DNA from: Verrucomicrobiales bacterium
GTDB taxonomy: Bacteria > Verrucomicrobiota > Verrucomicrobiia > Verrucomicrobiales > V1-33
DNA length: 64,000 nucleotides
Direction of reading: 5' to 3'
Assembly: GCA_031411295.1 (NCBI GenBank)
Contig: JANOAV010000040.1
Coordinates: 28,705-92,704 of the forward strand
A program made the position numbers and the translations under genes. Shown piece by piece: positions 59,919-64,000 of this stretch. Position 1 is the first letter of the stretch, and the number at the start of each line of letters is the position of its first letter. The notes beneath the pieces are model-generated. The model ran no database searches. It had not been told where the DNA came from and saw nothing but the letters and a program-made list of their open reading frames with translations.

Positions 59919-62900
59919 CTATTCCACAACCACGGAACCAGCGGCAGTAAAGAGTTTCTCGACTTTCTTACCATCGGCCCAAGTGACGATAATCTTTCCA
60001 CCAACGGGTCCGGCACCCAAGCCGAAGCTTAGCACGGATGGATTTTGCGACAAATAGCCGCCGCCTGCGTGGTATTCTGCAAGTTGCTTGCCGGTGCCGG
60101 CACGTTCGATCACCACCGTGGCTCCGGCGGCTTTGGCCGCAGGGAGTTTTACTTGAAGCACCTTCCCTTCGAAGCGATTGAGCAGCGGGACCATGGCTCC
60201 GGAATTCTGGGAAACGAGCACGTCTGGCATCGCGTCGCCATCCAGATCACAGACAGTGGCGGCCTTGGCATCTCCGGGGATGGAAATACCGCTTTCTCCT
60301 GCGGCCATGTGTTCCAGATGCCCCTTGCCACGGTTCAGCAGGATTTGGCTCAGCCCGCCATCGTAGTGGCCAGTCTCAATCTGTGCGCTGTGGAAATTTT
60401 GGGCCAAAAATAAATCGGGCAGACCATCTGCATTGAAGTCAGTAATCGCGATACCAAAGCTGGGCGCGACCTGCGCAATGCGCTCCAGCGCTTCGTAGCG
60501 GAACTTGGGATTGCCGTTGGCATCGTTTCCTTCGTTCCAGAAGACCCCGGTGCCCAGCGTGTTTGCCTGCCATTTCTCCGCCTGCTTGAGGGTATCGCCA
60601 TAGACATCCTCCAGCGTGGCCTTGGCAAATTTCTCGAACGTGGGGAACAGTTTTTTCAGCCCAGGCATGTCCGTGCTGGAGCAGCCTCTGCCGCGCTCGG
60701 GATACATGGTATCACCCTCCCATTTCACCTCGACGATGTTCTTGCGGCCCGAGTGATCGAAATCCGCGTAGTAGAGCATTTTCGGCTTCTTCTCGGTGGC
60801 CTCTTTATACTTGGTATTATAACCAAAATTTCCCGCCACGATGTCCAGATCGCCATCGCCATCCAGGTCCGCCGTGTCCACGCTGAGCCACCATCCTGAG
60901 TTCTTCGCCAGATCGTCGGCGGCATCTTTGCGCTCTGTTAGTTTACCCTTGGTATTGATAAACAATCGCACTAGGCCCCACTCGTGAGCGAGCAACAGAT
61001 CTGGCCAGCCATCGCCATTGACATCGCTCCACACCGCTCCACTAACCATGCCGGAGGTTCGCAATTCCGGACCTCCCACGGCCTCGGTGACATCGGTAAA
61101 TTTCACGGCTCCTCGCTTACTATCATTGCGCAGTAATCGACTCACTGGAGCCTCCGGATAGGATCCCGGCAACACCCGCGATCCCACGTAGAGATCGATA
61201 TCGCCATCGTGATCATAGTCTGCAGCACACACCGGGCCGCTGGCTTCGAACGCGTCTGGAATGGCGTCCTTGGGCGCTTTGGTGAAATTTCCCTTCCCAT
61301 CATTCAGGTAAAGTCGATCCCGCAACAGCGCGTCGCCCCGCTTGAATTGATACGATCCACTAGCCACAAATAAATCCACATCGCCATCACCATCGGCATC
61401 GAAGAACACTGCCCCCATATCCTCGTGGGCCTCGTCCTCGATGAATGCTTCGACCCATTGCGTTTTCAATCCACCTTTGCCATCGGCTAGTCGCAGTTCG
61501 CCTGGTTGGTCCGCTCCGCCGCCGACATAGAGATCAGCGATGCCATCACCATTCACATCCGCCCACGACATGGCTGGACCCAGCTTGGAGAGCGCGTGGG
61601 GCAGCAGGAGTTGATCCTTGTAGTCATCGTAAGGCTTCTCTTGATGACGGATGGGCGGGAAATTTTTTGCTTCGACGAAGAAGGTTGGTTTACCGGTCGG
61701 AGGCACCGCTTTTTCCTGACGAGCAGCGGGTTGCTTCAGCGTGTAAGTCTGCCCTGATTGAAGATTCGTTAACGTTTCCGATTGCCCATCCGGCCACGTC
61801 ACTAACGCGGAAGTAATCTGCGTTTCCTCCCCCACCCCAAAATGCAGCATGGCTTCATTTAAAGAATGATAGCCGCTCTGCGGAAAGAGTTGGCGCATCT
61901 GACTGCCCGCCGCCGTTTTGATTTCCACCCGCGTGCCGTAGCCTGCGGTATTGCCGGCCCGACCCGCAAAGCGGAAGACCACCGCCTTGCCGGTCTGACT
62001 ATCATTGCGATACAACGACGGGGGCGCATCTAAATTTACCTCCAGCAAATCCAGATCGCCATCGCCATCGAAGTCCGCATAAGCACAGGCATACGTGACC
62101 GCCGTATTGCCCAAACCCCAGTCATCCGAGACATCCGCAAAGTGGAAATGTTGTTCGTTCTTGTAAGCCCGATGCTTTTCAGGACGGGGTTCGCGCTCTT
62201 TGTAGAACTCCCATGGATGCTTGCCCACCATGGCGTCCTCGCTGACCACATGATCCGAATGATTCATCGCCCGCACCATGCCGTTGGTCACATAAATGTC
62301 CTGCCAACCATCCAAATCCAAGTCCGCAAATTTCACCGCCCAAGTCCAATCCGTGGTCGCAATGCCCAGTAAATACGCCCCCTCCAAGAAACGCCCCGTG
62401 CCGGTGCCGATGAGACACGTGTTCCGCATATATTGCGGAGGCGTGGAAGCCACTGCGCGCTTGAGATTCAGCCCACCCATGGCTCCCATCGTCGTCTTGG
62501 ACTTATAGTGGGTCGTGGCCGCCATATCTGCTATTAAGAAGTCCGGCAGCAAATCGTTATTCAAGTCCCCCGCATCTGCTCCCATGCTGAACCACGGCGT
62601 ATGCGGGGCGGCCTGCGGCAGGACGTTCGTGAACGTGCCATCGCCATTATTTTTCCACAGCTTGTCTTGCGAGAGGAAATCATTTCCCACATATAAATCC
62701 GGCCAACCATCCTGATTGTAATCCCACCACGTGGCCGAAAGCCCATCGCCCCGACCCGCTATGCCAGCCTTGGCCGTGACATCGGTAAATTTCGGCACCC
62801 CGTCTTTGCCGTTCCCATCATTTCTAAAGAGCAAATCCGGCCGCCCCATTTCCTGCGCGCCTTTGTCTTCACCGAATTGGTAGAACTCGTAATAGCGTTC

Positions 62901-63623
62901 ATATTCCTTCTTAATCCGATAACTCCCGCCCTCGCTATCCACCAGCAACTTATCCCCGGGCCGACCCGCCGGATCTTCCACTTTGTTGGTGAGCAGGAAG
63001 AGATCCAAATCCCCATCGCGATCATAGTCGCAGAAATAAGCGCTGTGGCTGGAATCCACCACCGCCACGCCCGCCGGACCCGCCACCTCACGGAAGGTTA
63101 GTTTGCCGGCGGCATTCTTGCCGTCATTTAAATAGAGTTGATTTGGGGATTCGTAGTTACAGAAATAAAGATCCAGGTCACCATCACCATCAATATCCAC
63201 CATCGCCACGCCAGTCGTCCAGCGTTCGCCACCCGCAATGCCGCCGACTGTTTGCTCAGTGATGTCTTCAAATTTAAAGCCCCCCAGCCCCCGATACAGC
63301 CGATTCTGCTCCGCCGCTCCGCCAAAGAAAAGATCCAGCACGCCATCGCCATCAATGTCCCCCACGGCCAAGCCCCCGGTCACAAAACCGGAGTGATACA
63401 GATAACTCAGCGGGTTCGTGTCCTGGATCTTCGGCACCTGCGACAACCCGGACGCTGCGGCCTCCACCGTGTGAAACATAGTTTTCCCCACCGCTGCCGA
63501 ACGCGCCGCAAAGGGCTTCCCAGCAACCTCCGCGGCCCCGTTTCCAATCAAACTGGCGCAGGCGCTCAGCATCGCGCAACGGGCGAGGAGCATACGGGGA
63601 GGAAACATTGAGGGCATAAACAT
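59919..63623 (-). CDS. FG-GAP/VCBS repeat protein with ASPIC/UnbV domains (CRTAC1-like)
   Basis: Many D.DGDG..DL repeats; GY.S....LHFG.G and V.WPDG UnbV motifs twice. Confidence 0.9.
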   Translation of the reverse strand: MFMPSMFPPRMLLARCAMLSACASLIGNGAAEVAGKPFAARSAAVGKTMFHTVEAAASGLSQVPKIQDTNPLSYLYHSGFVTGGLAVGDIDGDGVLDLFFGGAAEQNRLYRGLGGFKFEDITEQTVGGIAGGERWTTGVAMVDIDGDGDLDLYFCNYESPNQLYLNDGKNAAGKLTFREVAGPAGVAVVDSSHSAYFCDYDRDGDLDLFLLTNKVEDPAGRPGDKLLVDSEGGSYRIKKEYERYYEFYQFGEDKGAQEMGRPDLLFRNDGNGKDGVPKFTDVTAKAGIAGRGDGLSATWWDYNQDGWPDLYVGNDFLSQDKLWKNNGDGTFTNVLPQAAPHTPWFSMGADAGDLNNDLLPDFLIADMAATTHYKSKTTMGAMGGLNLKRAVASTPPQYMRNTCLIGTGTGRFLEGAYLLGIATTDWTWAVKFADLDLDGWQDIYVTNGMVRAMNHSDHVVSEDAMVGKHPWEFYKEREPRPEKHRAYKNEQHFHFADVSDDWGLGNTAVTYACAYADFDGDGDLDLLEVNLDAPPSLYRNDSQTGKAVVFRFAGRAGNTAGYGTRVEIKTAAGSQMRQLFPQSGYHSLNEAMLHFGVGEETQITSALVTWPDGQSETLTNLQSGQTYTLKQPAARQEKAVPPTGKPTFFVEAKNFPPIRHQEKPYDDYKDQLLLPHALSKLGPAMSWADVNGDGIADLYVGGGADQPGELRLADGKGGLKTQWVEAFIEDEAHEDMGAVFFDADGDGDVDLFVASGSYQFKRGDALLRDRLYLNDGKGNFTKAPKDAIPDAFEASGPVCAADYDHDGDIDLYVGSRVLPGSYPEAPVSRLLRNDSKRGAVKFTDVTEAVGGPELRTSGMVSGAVWSDVNGDGWPDLLLAHEWGLVRLFINTKGKLTERKDAADDLAKNSGWWLSVDTADLDGDGDLDIVAGNFGYNTKYKEATEKKPKMLYYADFDHSGRKNIVEVKWEGDTMYPERGRGCSSTDMPGLKKLFPTFEKFAKATLEDVYGDTLKQAEKWQANTLGTGVFWNEGNDANGNPKFRYEALERIAQVAPSFGIAITDFNADGLPDLFLAQNFHSAQIETGHYDGGLSQILLNRGKGHLEHMAAGESGISIPGDAKAATVCDLDGDAMPDVLVSQNSGAMVPLLNRFEGKVLQVKLPAAKAAGATVVIERAGTGKQLAEYHAGGGYLSQNPSVLSFGLGAGPVGGKIIVTWADGKKVEKLFTAAGSVVVE

Positions 63624-63747
63624 CGGGGAACTAATAGGTAAGGGGAGTTAGCGACTCGACAAAGCCGCTGGCAGCGATCTCACAGTGAACGAAATTCCCC
63701 GCTCCGCTACAAGCGAAAACGCGGACATTTTGTAAACCGCCAACCAG

Positions 63748-64000
63748 TCACCCCCGCAGATCCCGCAGCGTCCGCAATCCCCCGAACATCCTCCCCAGCC
63801 CCCCACGCAATTTGCGCGCCCCATCCTTCCGACTCTTCCCGAACGCCCCCCGATTCCCTGCAAACACCCGTTCCACAAACTCCGTCCGCCCAAACGCCAC
63901 CCCTTGCGAGAAATACCGCACCTTGTGCTTCATGACATCGATCAACCCCAGCCTGCCTCCCGCCGCCTGCACCTGCCTCACCTTCGCCACCGACACCCCG
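63748..64000 (-). mobile_element. C-terminal end of a Y1 (IS200/RAYT-like) transposase-family gene, partial
   Basis: VRYFSQGVAFG..EFVERVF...R..FG..RKDGARK...L..LRDL tail, recalled from verrucomicrobial Y1 transposases; catalytic HUH part lies outside the window. Confidence 0.6.

Overview
Bacterial chromosomal window, most likely Verrucomicrobiota. This is inferred from the RsmA-NUDIX fusion, a DUF1549/DUF1553 cytochrome protein, C-terminal 'FYRV'-type tails and a verrucomicrobial-type Y1 transposase tail. Housekeeping and carbohydrate genes (GH149 phosphorylase with GPH transporter, infA, rsmA, ppk2, kdgK, nagAB, tyrA-aroA, RND pump, udg, pspA) surround three accessory zones. (i) 10.2-15.5 kb: a surface protein, an 11x21-bp palindromic repeat array upstream of a helical+FN3 gene, and two integron-type cassettes with attC sites but no integrase in the window. 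(ii) 28-42 kb: giant secreted YHYH/DUF1566, sulfatase and sulfatase-multicopper-oxidase proteins, then an arsR-arsD-arsA operon with no pump. (iii) 55-58.8 kb: a Ser/Thr kinase-CHASE2 receptor flanked by four small exported proteins that share only the motif G[TH]G[RK]RGGREG. Zone (iii) is the best candidate for an undescribed peptide-receptor signalling system. All family calls come from motif recognition by eye; no searches were run.
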